From: the human T2T-CHM13v2.0 reference genome, Homo sapiens
DNA length: 64,000 nucleotides
Assembly (NCBI RefSeq): GCF_009914755.1
Contig: NC_060937.1
Direction: 5' to 3' (one strand)
The translations under genes were made by a program, and so were the position numbers. Within the stretch, counting starts at the first letter, position 1. Each line of letters starts with the position of its first letter. The notes under the pieces are model-generated. The model worked only from the letters and a program-made list of their open reading frames with translations, searched no databases and was not told the origin of the DNA. Positions 44,745-58,403 of this stretch are shown here, in pieces.

Positions 44745-46591
44745 GTAAGTTGCTGGATTTTTAAAAACAAATGTTTCTCACTTTCAGAAAGCAGAACAGT
44801 AATAATAGTATACAAACTAAATATTTTTAGTATACTATGTGGAAAGGCTGAGCCAATAAGCACTTTACATGGATTTTAAATTTCATAATAACCCTAAAAA
44901 GGTTTATCTCCATTAACACCATTTGACTGCAGGGTAAGTGAAGGCTAAGATCTGAGCTTTTCACCACTATTACGCATTTATACTTCATGTACATATTACT
45001 TACAGAGTCTACTCCATTTTATTAAATTTTACTGGTAATGGAAAATTACCATTATTCATTTAAATAGGTAATACGTGTTCTGGAAGAAAAATTAGAAAAT
45101 ATACATAAGTAGAAGAAAAAACCAACCTGTAATCACATCACTCAGCTTGTATATATACATTTGGCTTTCATACATGTAAAATATATCTTGCCTGTTTATG
45201 TCCTTCCATGTTGATGAAGATAATAATAACTGATGTTTACCAAATGCTTACTATTTCCCATGCAGTGTGCTTAGGACTATACATGCTTTACCTTCATATT
45301 TCACAAGATCTCTGTAGCTGTTGTTATTCCAGTTTTAGCGATAAAGAGACTGAGGTATGCAAAAGTGAGTTGAGTGGTGGAGGTCTGTTTGATTCCTGGT
45401 CCCTCACAATTAATTAATTAACTTGTAGAGATGCCATTTCACAGTGTTGCCTAGGCTGGTCCTAGGCTAAAGTGATTCTCCCGCCTCAGACTCCTAAAGT
45501 GCTGGGATTACAGATGTGAGCCACCACGCCTGGCCCCTTACTTATTTTATTCTTTTAGTTTTTTATTATAATTTTGGTCTACAGAAAAGTTTCAAGATGA
45601 GAACTAAAAATTCCTGTATGCCTTTCATTCCAATTTCCTACATATTAACATTTTTACCATATTTTTGTTCCTCACATTCTATGTGTGTATATACATTTCT
45701 CCCCCAAACAGTTTGGGTTATTTGCAGAAATAATGTTCACTATGCTAAAGTACTTCAGTGGATATTTCTTAAAAATAAGGATATTCTCATACTTAACAGT
45801 TCTCAAAATCAGGAAATTCATAATGCCCATGATATTCGTCTTACTCAGGTTGGCATGAGATGTGCTTCCTCACTGGACTTCCTCTACTATTTTATCCCTC
45901 TGTCTTGTACTTAATACTGCCATCAGAGCTAATTTTGCAAAATGCATTCATGGTTGCCCATTGTTTACTGAAAGACATTCAGATTCCTCTGTATACTATT
46001 CAAGATACCTTCTTTTTTTTTTTTTATCTGTCTAGCACTCTCTGTGGGTAAATTTATTAGAAAAGTAGCAATAATTACATGTGCTTTCTGTAGTATACTA
46101 TGGTGTTCTCAGATTATAAATTTCATTGATAAAATGACTATAAATTCTTAATTCTGAAATCTGGTTGGTAGACGTTTCTACTTTATTTTAAATTTATTTT
46201 AACCTTACAGAAAACTTCCAAAATAGTAGTACAGAGAATTTATTTATATCGCTTCCCTTGCTTCCCCTAATGTTAACTTATAACTATAGTATAATTACCA
46301 AGAACAGGAAACTAAAATTGTTACAATATTATTAACTAAACTACTAAACTTACTGAAATTCAACCAGTTTTTCCATTAGTGTACTTCTGTTTCAGCATCC
46401 TATTTGGGATTCACAGTGCATTTGTAATTTCTCCTTAATATCTTCCAGTCACAGTTATTCAGTCCTTCCTTTCCTTGGATAACCTTGATACTTTTGAAGA
46501 CTATTAAATGATTGCAGAATATTCCTTAATTTGGATTTGTCACTCCAAATTAAAAAAATATTTGATCTGACTTTTTAAATGTTTTTTAAAG

Positions 46592-46710
46592 CTACTTCAG
46601 AATCTTGGTTCAGCAATTTGAGGTACAGCTTCAGCAGTACAGGCAGCAGATTGAAGAACTAGAAAACCATCTTGCCACTCAAGCAAATAATTCACATATA
46701 ACCCCTCAAG
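46592..46710 (+). CDS. NUP58: NUP58 exon 11 (YFRILVQQFE...HITPQ), 119 nt
   Basis: ttaaag|C TAC ... CAAG|gtaaca. Confidence 0.96.
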
Positions 46711-47105
46711 GTAACATGCTTACTGTGGTAATTTTTTTTGAACTTTTGTTTGTAGGAGATAGATGTGGTTATATAATAGGTATTTTGGATAACTACTGGT
46801 AGCCCCTTTAAGAAAATTTCCTTAAAAGTCATTTACTACTCCTTTATTCCCTATAAATATAATATGCTTTATTATATGAATTGTTACTGTGGTAACAAGG
46901 ACAGAAATCTTAGGGCCTTCCCCCCAGATTTCTTTTGTAGACATTCAGTCTGCTACTCTGTGTGTTCTCTGGCCATGAGAACGTTGATAGAGTTTTTTTC
47001 TCCTACACGTTAACTGTGCCAAAAATTGGACTCAAATAGAAAAATAAAATGGATTGTGCTATATATATGTATATATTTGGGTGATAATGTAATTTTCTTT
47101 TATAG

Positions 47106-47188
47106 ATTTGTCAATGGCTATGCAGAAAATTTATCAAACATTTGTAGCTTTAGCGGCACAACTTCAGTCTATTCATGAAAATGTAAAG
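47106..47188 (+). CDS. NUP58: NUP58 exon 12 (DLSMAMQKIYQ...HENVK), 83 nt
   Basis: ttatag|AT ... AAG|gtaagt. Confidence 0.96.
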
Positions 47189-47596
47189 GTAAGTTTTCAT
47201 TACCCATTTATCTACCTGGATATGTAGACCCAAGTATTTGTTCATCTGGGGACAAATGTGTCCATGCTTGATACAGAAATAGCTAAAATTACATATAAGT
47301 GAAAAGATGAAAACTACTCTAATCCATAACATACCCAGACATAACGATTGATAATACCTGTTCTTTTAAAAAAGATCCAAGTACGCTGTAGTCTGTTATT
47401 ATAACTTTTTTTTAAGCAGTGCATTGTGAATAACTTTCTATGTTAATACACATATTTCCTGAATATCATTTTTAATAGTTAACATAGGAGTTTGTTGTAT
47501 GGTTGTACATTGTTTAACCCATTTTCTGTTGGATATTTAGGTGGTTTCTATTTCTTTACTACTATAAATAGCACTATAGAAAATAGGCATTCTTAG

Positions 47597-47946
<350 letters not shown>

Positions 47947-48072
47947 TTATTGGCCACTGCATTAAAAACCGGCTTACAGCATTTCTCCCTTTTAAATACA
48001 GGGAACTGTTTGTGTTTATTAAATAGTGTAAATAAAATGATTTATCACTGAATATTTAGACTGACTCTCGCT

Positions 48073-48373
48073 TTTTTTTTTTTTTTTTTGAGACAGACTC
48101 TTGCTCTGTCGCCCAGGCTGGAGTTCAGTGGCATGATCTTGGTTCACTGCAACCTCCACCTCCTGGGTTCAAGTGATTCTCATGCCTCAGCCTCCTGACT
48201 AGCTGGGACTACAGGCACGTGCCACCATGCCTGGCTAATTTTTTGTATTTTTAGTAGAGACAGGGTTTTGCCATGTTGCACAGGCTGGTCTCGAACTACT
48301 AAATTCAGGCAATCCTCCCTCCTCGGCCTCCCAAAGTGCTAGGATTTATGGGCATGAGCCACTGCACCCAGCC
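48073..48373 (-). mobile_element. Alu SINE (S-type)
   Basis: Full body. Confidence 0.94.
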
Positions 48374-49479
48374 TGAATATTTTGACTCTCATAATAACGT
48401 TAGTTTTAAAAATGTATTTAAGTGAAATGTTCAAGGTAAGTACATCTTTTCTAACTAACTGAGCAAATGTAATTAAACTCTTTAATCTTGGAGTGTATGT
48501 GGTCCAAAATACCTTTAAAATTCAAGCAGCGAAACCTGAGTCTAGATAAATTATCAACTGTGTAGAATAGAGTTTAATTGGAATTATCAACATTTTCATT
48601 TTTATTTTGATTTCATGCATAGTAACAGGATTTTTTTAAGTAAACCATTTAAATTACACCATTTTTGAAATGGTAGTGCACTTTAGACCTTTTGCTTTAG
48701 TAGATTTAAAACTGTAACCCAAATCTTTAAATTTTGTTCTAAAGGAGGAATTTTATCAGATTTAAAAAAATTCTATTAGTCTATAATAAATGTTACTTTA
48801 ATTTTTTAATAAAATTAATGTATGGCACTTTGAAGTCCGTTGCACAGAATTCTTTTCCTTAATTTTTATTATGAAATCTTTCAAATATACACAAAAGTAG
48901 GCTATCATTATACTGAATGCCCAGGTATGACTACCTAATTGCAACCATTATCAAAACCCTGCTGAACTTGTTTTATCAATGCTCCACAGAAGATGCTTTT
49001 TTTCCCCCCACGAAGTATTTCAGAGCAAATGCCAGGTGTAAACGTACATTTTTTTTAGCAGCACTGTCTCCTCTCTGGTTTGGAAAATATATCATTTTTG
49101 GTAATATGACCATAAAACAGTGAGACCAAGACCACATAAAACTGCCCTAGATCACGTCAAATAAACGTTGTAGACATGAAATTTTGACCTACTCTTTAAG
49201 CAACCCAGGAACGAAAGGATATTCCCAAGAACCAAAGAATATTTTATAATCAGATTTGGTATGTTGCCATTATTTTTAGCTTAGTTTAGTGAGCAAACTA
49301 AGCTCTAGGTTTCTTTATTTCTTGTAGAAATCTCACAAGACATTTTTTTGTTCGTTTTGTTTTTCATTAGGTAATCTGTTGAAACAGGCGTTAACTATTC
49401 TATCCAGCCAGGCCTCAGGAACATTAACACATTTGGAAGTTTTAGCAATTTGTTTTATAAATCATGGCTGATGTCAAGG

Positions 49480-49803
49480 TTTTTGTTTGTTTGTTTTATT
49501 ATTTTGTTTTGTTTTGTTGAGAAGGGCTTGCTCTGTTGCCTATGCTAGAGTGCAGTGGCGTAATCATGACTCATTGCAGCCTCAATCTCCTGGGCCCAAG
49601 CGATCCTCCCGCCTCAGGCTCAGCCTCTTGAGTAGCTAGGACTACAGGCATGCACCACCACACCTAGCTAATTTTTTAACTTTTTGTAGAGAGGGGCACT
49701 TGCTGTGTTGTCCAGGCTGATCTTAACTCCTGGCCTCAAGGAGTCCTCCTGCCTAGACCTCCCTAAGGGCTGGGATTATAGGTGGGAGCCACCGCGGCCA
49801 GGC
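49480..49803 (-). mobile_element. Alu SINE (J-type)
   Basis: Full body. Confidence 0.9.
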
Positions 49804-51032
49804 TGTTTCTTTTAACTAATGGTCTTGGTCTTAAGTTTCTAAGGTGGATCATTATTTTCCATTATCTGAAGTAGAACTAAAATTTATGGGATACTGATGC
49901 TTGCCCAGGACAAGGAAGGGTGGATTTGCAAGAGATCGGTAGTGCTTGTTTTTCTTACATCATATGTCTTGATTCTGGCTTTGTATCTTCCCCAGTATCC
50001 AGTTCTTGGCAGGCCCCCTTTTTTAATACATCATAAATGTAGCAAAGTTTGGAATTGGAACATCAAACACTGACATCCACACAAAAAGGGCGATGATAGC
50101 TTTTAAATACTATAAACAACAGTAAGATTTTTAAGTGCTGTATTTGTTATAATCAGAACCTAATGTTTACTAATTTCTGCTAAGAAATGTAAGAAATATG
50201 AAAAATCTGTGTCTCTTCAAAAAGTGGTTAAAAACCTATCTAAATTAGGCTAAATCTTCAATGAAAGCATAAAATAATTCTAAAGTGAAACAGAATTGTT
50301 GCTGTTGATGGCCTTAATCAAAGCAGATGCTGCATTGGGTAAAAGCAGCTCACTTTATGAACTTGGGAATTTTTCTTACTCTGGAGTTACAAACACTTTT
50401 TTTCTTTGAGGCGGGTGGTTGGGTTCATAACTTTAACATGAGTCAAGTCTCATTGTACAATGGTCAAATAATAGCAATAAAGTAGAAGCCCTCATCATAC
50501 CCTCCAACCACTGCTGAGGTGCAACACCTTATTTTAGCATGTGTTACCCAGGCCTTCTAAAAAATGTATTTAAAAGTATGTATATTTAGTGCTGACTTTT
50601 TTTTCTTTCTTTTTTTTTTAAACTGTTTTAATCAAAAGGCTATGAAAAGGTTGGACATTTGAGGGGAAAGTTTCTTGAAAAACTGGAATATTTATTTTTA
50701 AATTCTTTTCATCCATCCATCTGCACATTGATGGAGTATTTAAATATTACTCTGTCTAAAAGCTTAGCTGATTTATTTTAAACAAGGCCTCACAAAGACA
50801 GTATTTTAGGAAGCATATTGTAAAGATAGGGAGTAAACTATTCAAGGGAGCAGTAGAACTCTTGAACTCATCATTTCCTACACCAAAGTGCATTATTAGC
50901 ACTCTAATTTGCAGTTTGGATTGAATGTATAATATTGGGACTGTCTTTGGTAACTTATGGTTATATTCATCCACATATTAACCATAGTCAATGTGAAACT
51001 TCATTTAGCCGTTTTGTTTATTATTCTTTTAG

Positions 51033-51234
51033 GTTCTGAAAGAACAGTACCTTGGCTACAGGAAAATGTTCTTGGGAGATGCTGTTGATGTGTTTGAAAC
51101 AAGGCGAGCAGAAGCCAAGAAGTGGCAGAACACACCCAGAGTTACTACTGGACCCACTCCTTTCAGCACCATGCCAAACGCAGCAGCCGTTGCCATGGCT
51201 GCAACACTTACACAGCAGCAACAGCCTGCTACAG
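51033..51234 (+). CDS. NUP58: NUP58 exon 13 (VLKEQYLGYRK...QQQQPAT), 202 nt
   Basis: ttttag|GTT ... ACAG|gtctga (weak donor). Confidence 0.97.
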
Positions 51235-51257
51235 GTCTGAACGCATTCAAGTTATAG
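51235..51257 (+). CDS. NUP58: Read-through extension of exon 13 (GLNAFKL*), giving a 485-aa short Nup45-type isoform
   Basis: In-frame G GT CTG AAC GCA TTC AAG TTA TAG; the gene is known to give both p58 and p45. Confidence 0.65.
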
Positions 51258-54200
51258 CTTCTTACTGTTCCAATGCAGAACATTTATGTGCGTTTTTATA
51301 AGTCTTCCATTTGTGTGAGCACTGAAGAAATTTCTATGAGTAGCTGTTCCAATACAATCTAAAATTGTGATGGACACGATTATAAACATACCTGATAAAA
51401 AAGGCAGGGTAGTCTTAGCAATAATTATACATCAATTAGATATTGAATATTGTGAATCTACTTAATGTTATTTGCTGTAATGCTATAAATGCCCTTTAGA
51501 ACATGGTGTTTCACTAGTGAATTACATTTAAGAATAACATTAGATTCTGAAATCATGACTGTACCATTTATTGTTTTAAAGTCAGAGATCATCCATCCAT
51601 TCTTTGAATTTTTCATATATGATACTGATAGGTGGTGCATTCTCATTTTCCTCATACATAGTGATTACAAAGTACCCACATTCAGGATGAAGTATGCTTT
51701 TATTGACTGAAGGTATGTTGAAGATCAATAGGCTTGTTTGTATGTATGTTGACTGTAAACAGAATACAAGCCCTCTAAACCAAATTTTGAAGATGATACA
51801 TGCTAGAATTGTACCTTTCCAAGGTGAACAGAACAGCAAGAGCAGGAAAAAGATGTTTTGAGATGTGGATTGCACATTAAGGAGCAACTGGGAAGTTGAA
51901 CAGATGAAAATAATTGGTGACATGGAAAGCAGATTGTTTTATTTCTTGGTTTAGTTACACTTCTAATTAGAGAAACATTTTTTGTGGTCATTCTACAGTG
52001 TTTTATTTGGTCCTGTGTCTTTCGGAGGTTAATAGTTATCTTAATCCTGCCATCCCTTTTGTCAGGTTTGAAGCTTGACATGGAAAAATAGTCTTAATCG
52101 ATATTGATTTTTTTATTTTAATCATTCATAAATTTCTTAGTAATGCTTACTATTCAATAGCATGTGTCTTTCTGAGAGTTCCATATAGTCCAGTAGTACA
52201 TTATAATACACACAAATTAATACATATTTAGATTGCATTCAAGCTACCTATACTAGGGAAGCATTCTCTGGTTTTCACTATTGGCAGTTTAAAAAATTGT
52301 TCTTCACATTTGGAGATGACAGAATTGACTTGCCATAAGTAAAGGGTTGATGATAGATTTATGCCAAATCCTCCATATCCCGTGGCTGGACCCATGTGAA
52401 TAGTGGCTCGCACGAGCACTGTCTGGTAGCTCTCTAGCTGGCTGGAGTGTAGGATTGCGTTGTTAAGTTATGGAGGGAAAAAGTCATTATGGGATTGATT
52501 CCTTTGAGGATTGATATTTCTTCTTAAAAGGATTCAATCCCATAATTATGACCATCAGCTCTCATGATTACCTAACCAGTTAATCAAACCAACCATAGTA
52601 CTAGTTTACTTTTTAGAGCCAGTATTAATCCTAAAGTAGATAAGTGTAGATTTGGTTAAGTGTTCTTTAAACATAGTGAATTTCCATTCTATTAAATAGA
52701 ACTTGAGAAATGTCAGTTATATAAAAAGTTATGTTGTAAGTGAATATATTCTATGATAAATACCTAAACTTGAAGCAAAATCTCCTGTCAAGGGTTTGTG
52801 TGTGTGTGTGTGTTTAACTTTCTTATCTATAGATTATTATTTTGAGAAATTCATAGGTTTTCACTTATACATTTTGAGCTTGTGGACATATGGAGATGTG
52901 TGTTCATTCTCTAAATGAGTGCCTACTATGTGCTGGGCTCGAGGAATACAAAGGTAGACAATATAGATTTTGTCTTTGCCCTCTGTGGTGGTTGACAATG
53001 TTAGCTTAATCTGGAGTATTCTTGAGGAGCCTTTTGCTCATAGGCTTTAATTTTGTCTGTGACTTTTGCCAGGCTTTGGGGAAATTGACTGCCTTCACTC
53101 TTCCCTGAAACTTTGAAGTCCACATAAGGGCTTTCTCATCAGATGGCAGAAATTATAATTTATTAACCTAAACAACCTTACAGTGTTTTCGCTTTGAATT
53201 GTATGAATTCTTAGAACTGAGAAGCTAAACAACAGTGATAACAATTTTACATTATCTTTTCTTTCTCCTTTTGTTTCTCTAAAGGTCTCCCAGGCCTTCC
53301 CAGTCAAAATTTTCGTTATTTTTAGTCATGTCACCATGATGTGAGATTTCTGAGCTCTGTTAGATACATTTAGAAATGTCCCTATTTATCAAATGGTGTT
53401 TTGTACCCCATAAGTTATCCCTTATGCCCTGTGACTTCTGTGAAATCTTTGTTTTTAAGTGCCAGTAACAAATTTTAGACCATCTAGATGAGGGTAGAGA
53501 GAGCTTATGCATTGTTTTTATACATCACTGTTGATCTATACAAGATTTGAGTTATCAGAAGGGTTTTGCTTTTATTTGCATATGAAATTTTTATTAACAT
53601 GAATATGGGCACAGAGCAAATAGCTTCTTAGACTGCTGCCTTCTGAAGGTGGCTTCTGTATCTTTCTCAGAGGAGGAGGAATAGACTTAAACGACTTCTT
53701 TGTCCTCCTTCAATTTTTTTTTTAATGAAAAAGTATACTAGGGCTTAGGCATGTGTGATTTACAGTTATTTGTTCTGAAGGCTGCAGAGAATTGAAAATC
53801 CAGCAGGCTATTTGTGTATGAAATCATGAGCATCGATAACGTGGATAACGTAGTTCCATGTTGGCAGAACTTGACACTTGTCTATAAGTGCTTCCCAAGC
53901 CTCCTGAAAAACTGAAGACATTTACATTAGGCTTTTCAGTATAATTTTAATTTAGGATAGGTTTTTTAGCAATGTATCTGGGATTGAGTTTTGCTATTGT
54001 GTTTTGACACTTTAAGAGTTCTTGATGTTTACATAATAAGACTTTCTTATGTGACTTAGCTGCTGTTTTAAGGAGAGCCAAGACGTTTTGTTAGGAATTC
54101 CTAATTTTTAGCTTAGTGTAGGTTTGGACATTTAAGGTGTAGTGTTAAATAGGAAACATTAAGTATTTCATCTTAGTTTCTTGTGGTTTTGTGATTTTGT

Positions 54201-55995
54201 TGTATTTAATAACCAAAGGAACATTCCCCATTAAATCAGTAAGAGTAAAATTTTTCAAACTGGGGAAAACGCATTTTAGGTTTTTTAAAGAAAAATTATT
54301 TTAAAATGTGACTTAGAAATAACCATACTAATTACATTAGGCATTTGGGGTGATCATGGAAAATTATAAAATATTTTTAGCACTTTAGTCCTTTTTCTGT
54401 TAATGCAGTTTTACTTTTAAGAAAGTAAAATTTATTCTGGAAAATATGAATTACAGCGCTAAACCTGGTTTTGTTGTGTGTGAATATATTATATGGTAAC
54501 TTTTGTAAAATGTTACTCTACATGAAGATTTCACTTTGGCCAGTCATTGGTATATATCACTACAAACTTAATTTTATTTATGGAAATAAGAACCTCTCAT
54601 TGGATGACTATTCAAATTTCAAAGCAGACTTCTTGAATTGTTTACGTAACTTTTGCCTGAAGGATTTAGACTGCTTTCTAATAGTGAAACTAATATATAT
54701 GGTGGCCAGAGTGTAATATATGCTAATACTTTGGCATGGGAGATATTTATCATGAGTTTTTACTATTAAAAAATGTTATACATTTGCCTACGAGTTTTAT
54801 AAATGATGTTGCCTTCAGAATTTGTGTGAAGGTACAAAACTAAAAATATCATGTATCTGATGTGCAATGGAAAGTCTTGTCATCATTAGATATGAGTTCT
54901 TGATTATATTCTGAATATTGATGATTAGAAAAATCTTATGTTCTGTTGCTCTTAACAACAGACCCACACACAACAAAAAGCATGCTATTTGAGTAACTCT
55001 TACGACTTACAAGGCTGAGGGCTGTGGTGTGCATTATTCTTTAGGGTCTTCCACCAGCAGTGCCTCCTATTAACCTGTGACAAACAAGTCTCTCAATGTT
55101 AAAGAACTGGACATGTGTTTTTTATGTTTTTTGTTAGGAATCAGAAAGTATAATAATATGCTTGGTTTCTTTTTCCTATAGTAACATTTTACAAAAGAGC
55201 TGCTAGGCAGGTATTTTATTCTCAAAGTGATCTCAAACTGGATGTAAAATTTTAAATTATTTTTTTAATAGTAGTATAAGAATTCTGGCTGCTATTAGTT
55301 ATTGTTTGTTTTCTGGGTTAGAAGCTATTCGAAAAGTCCAGTTTCTGTCCCAGTGTAGCAAAATGTAGTTCCTCGGTTGTTTTTCTTTAAATGCTTTATA
55401 ATTTTACACTACCTTTTTAATATACAAACCTCATTCTTCATTGGATAACTTGAAGGCTTTGATTTCTTTAAAAATTTAAATTTTAGTGTGTATATTACTT
55501 TGACAGTTCCCTCATCTTTGAGATGCACTGATCACTGTGCTTGAAAAAGACAATACTGAAGATTGTACTATGAAGTTTATTGAATAATTTTCATAAATTA
55601 TTTATCCAAATGAGAGATTTTTAGATTTTTGTATTCTGCTTAGTTTTAAAAAAAAAAAATAGTAGTTTAAAAGAGAGGCTAGTAAGTTTGATGCTATTCT
55701 TGCCAAACAAACTCAGCCAAAATCTTTAAAGTAACAAGAGGGAAAAGGATGACTAATCGTTCTGCTTCTGAGTACATTTTCCAAAACGTTGGAAAGAAAC
55801 TTCTGAATTGAAATCTTGAATGTATTGAATCTGTCAAGGTACACAGCGGTGCCTTTGTAAATGTTCATTACTTTATTTAATCAGGTGATAAGTGGTGTAA
55901 TGTAGCAGAGCTTAAGAATAGAACTCAATTATCACTTTTTGTGAACAAGTTGGAATTGTCATGTTACTGTGTAATTGATTTGCTTTACAATGAAC

Positions 55996-56015
55996 AATAA
56001 ATTTAATAAAATAAA
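55996..56015 (+). terminator. NUP58: Intronic polyadenylation signal cluster (3 x AATAAA)
   Basis: AATAAA at 55996, 56005 and 56010; TGTA upstream; U/GU-rich tgtcttgtttttt downstream. Confidence 0.7.
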
Positions 56016-56607
56016 ACATTGTCTTGTTTTTTATCTACTTATTGTATATATCATTTATATTTCATATGAGAAATCATGCCTAGTTTTTTGGGTACTTACT
56101 CTTATGAAATAACATGATAGTTTTGCCATGTTAGTGTCAGTCTCTCTTGATCAATTGAGACTTGACTCTAACACTAAGGAGCTCGATTAAAAAAAGTAAA
56201 AACCATTTACTGATTATACCAACTAGTTTTATCAGAAAACAAGTGAGGAGATCTAAAATAATTCTAGAAGTAAATCTAAAGGAATGATAATTTATGATAC
56301 ATTAAAGATTTCAAATTATTTAGTAGATTAAACTAACGTCTTTCATTGCGGTAAGCCTCTTTTAATTGTCTAGTTCTGAACAGGTTAATTTTTTTAAAAT
56401 CTTTTTTTAATTTTTAGATAGATAAATCAGTTTGGATAGGTAAGTTAGACTGGAGAGACATCCTGAAAACTAAGTTTTAACAAATGGAATCAGTTAAAAG
56501 TAATCACTGTTCATTTTAAAAATAATTTCATAAAGAATCTTTAATCTTGAAAGAGTAAGGCAAATTTGTTTTTTTTCCCCCCCATTTTTTTTTTTTTTTT
56601 ATACCAG

Positions 56608-56706
56608 GGCCACAGCCATCTCTGGGAGTTAGTTTTGGAACGCCATTCGGCTCAGGTATTGGCACTGGCTTGCAATCAAGTGGCTTAGGTTCTTCAAACC
56701 TTGGAG
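56608..56706 (+). CDS. NUP58: NUP58 exon 14 (GPQPSLGVSFGTPFG...SNLG), 99 nt
   Basis: taccag|GG ... GGAG|gtacac. Confidence 0.96.
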
Positions 56707-58307
56707 GTACACTTTAACTTTTCTAATATTTCATTGAACTATTATATATTTGAATTGATACTAGCCTGTAAAAAAAAATTTCTAAGAGAATCTCCTGCTA
56801 TTTTGGAAGTTAAGGTTCCATCTGGCAAAAATGATTCTCAAACATAATTATTGCTTTCTAATATTAGATTTAGAACTTAAAGAATCATTCCATCTTCTGT
56901 GAACAGCAAATATAAAGTATTAAAATTAAGTGGTAGGCATGTTCATGTTTTCAAAGCAATATGCTGACACATGAACTTGAGAATTCTTTAGTTTTAATCA
57001 TCTTAATTAAAAATCTTAAAATTAATAGTCTTAATGTTAGTTTGGAGTCTGAACTACTTCTGGATGATATACATTCTCCTAATCAGTATCTTCTTTTTTC
57101 TGAAAATGAGTACTTAGGGAAATTATTATGAATTGAACAGCTCAACTCATGTCCATTTCTAAGCACATTTGGCAAATTTGCCTATATACATGCTTGTTTA
57201 CATAAGCAATTAAGCTTATTTTAATACTTTCATAAGGTTAGTAAGGTAAGTCCTCTGCAAAAACATCATGCTAAATACAAATGCATTCACAATTCTTTGA
57301 TATGGATAACTGAAAGTTGGTTGTATTTTCACAGGCACATTATAATGTAATGAATAAGTTGCCCTTATTTCCACTAAAATATAAGACGGGAGACCTATAA
57401 GCTATTACGGTTGTTTAATATAGACTCTGTTCTAAATTAGGAATTATTAGAATCTGGCAGATAGCATAATTCCTATAATCTATAATTAATTTGCCATCAC
57501 ATTTCTTATTGTTACAGGCAATGATACTGTCACACTCAGTATTTTAGATAAGCTATTGCAAAATAACCAAAAAAGAATTTGAACTTTATTTGTAGAGCAC
57601 CTGTCTCTTAGGAGAGTGGAAACTAGTCTTCAAGTACTTAGAATGTCATGAACTTTGTGTGATGAAAAATACTTCTTTTTTTAAATGATGAAGATAGTAT
57701 TGTTAAGAGAAAAACCATGATCTTCTCACCACCAATTTTTCACTGTTAAACTGGCTGGTAGTATGGCAGGAATCTACTGTTACTGAGTAGATTTAAAGTG
57801 CTTGATTATGTAGTTATGCAGAGTTTTTCAGCGTTTCAGATTCTTAATTAAAAATGTTTTGGGAAAGAGCAGAGTAAAATAACCTTGTAGTATTTAGTGT
57901 TTACATTGTAGTGCATGTCATGCTTATTAATGTATTTAGTCCTTTTTTTGTGAAATGAAATACCCCTAAAGTGGAAATGGTTATAACTGACTAAAATCAT
58001 ACTTGAATGGTGGGTAAAATTTTCTAGCACATTTAGAAGAGAAAATACTAATTTCTTTTTTATGGCCTTGTTCTTTAAAAATTGATGGGTCACAAACTTA
58101 GTCTAAATAGATATAAACGTTTTATTTCAGAATTAGTCTAGTTCTTCTAAAAGTCTCATGCAAAGGAGTAAGCAGATTTCCTTAATAAGGCCATGTTTTT
58201 CAGCACTGTATCTGTTAGACCTCTGATGATTTTCGGTTGTACTTGTCCATATCCTTTAACCTGTGTTTTATGTGCCATTGTATATTTTTCTATTACCCTT
58301 CCACTAG

Positions 58308-58403
58308 GATTTGGAACTAGCTCTGGTTTTGGATGCAGCACCACAGGGGCCTCCACATTTGGATTTGGAACAACAAATAAACCCTCAGGAAGTCTTAGTG
58401 CAG
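58308..58403 (+). CDS. NUP58: NUP58 exon 15 (GFGTSSGFG...SLSA), 96 nt
   Basis: cactag|GA ... GCAG|gtttgt. Confidence 0.96.

Noticed and set aside
51246-51257. C-terminal FKL as a peroxisomal PTS1
   Set aside because: Does not fit the mammalian (S/A/C)(K/R/H)(L/M) consensus.
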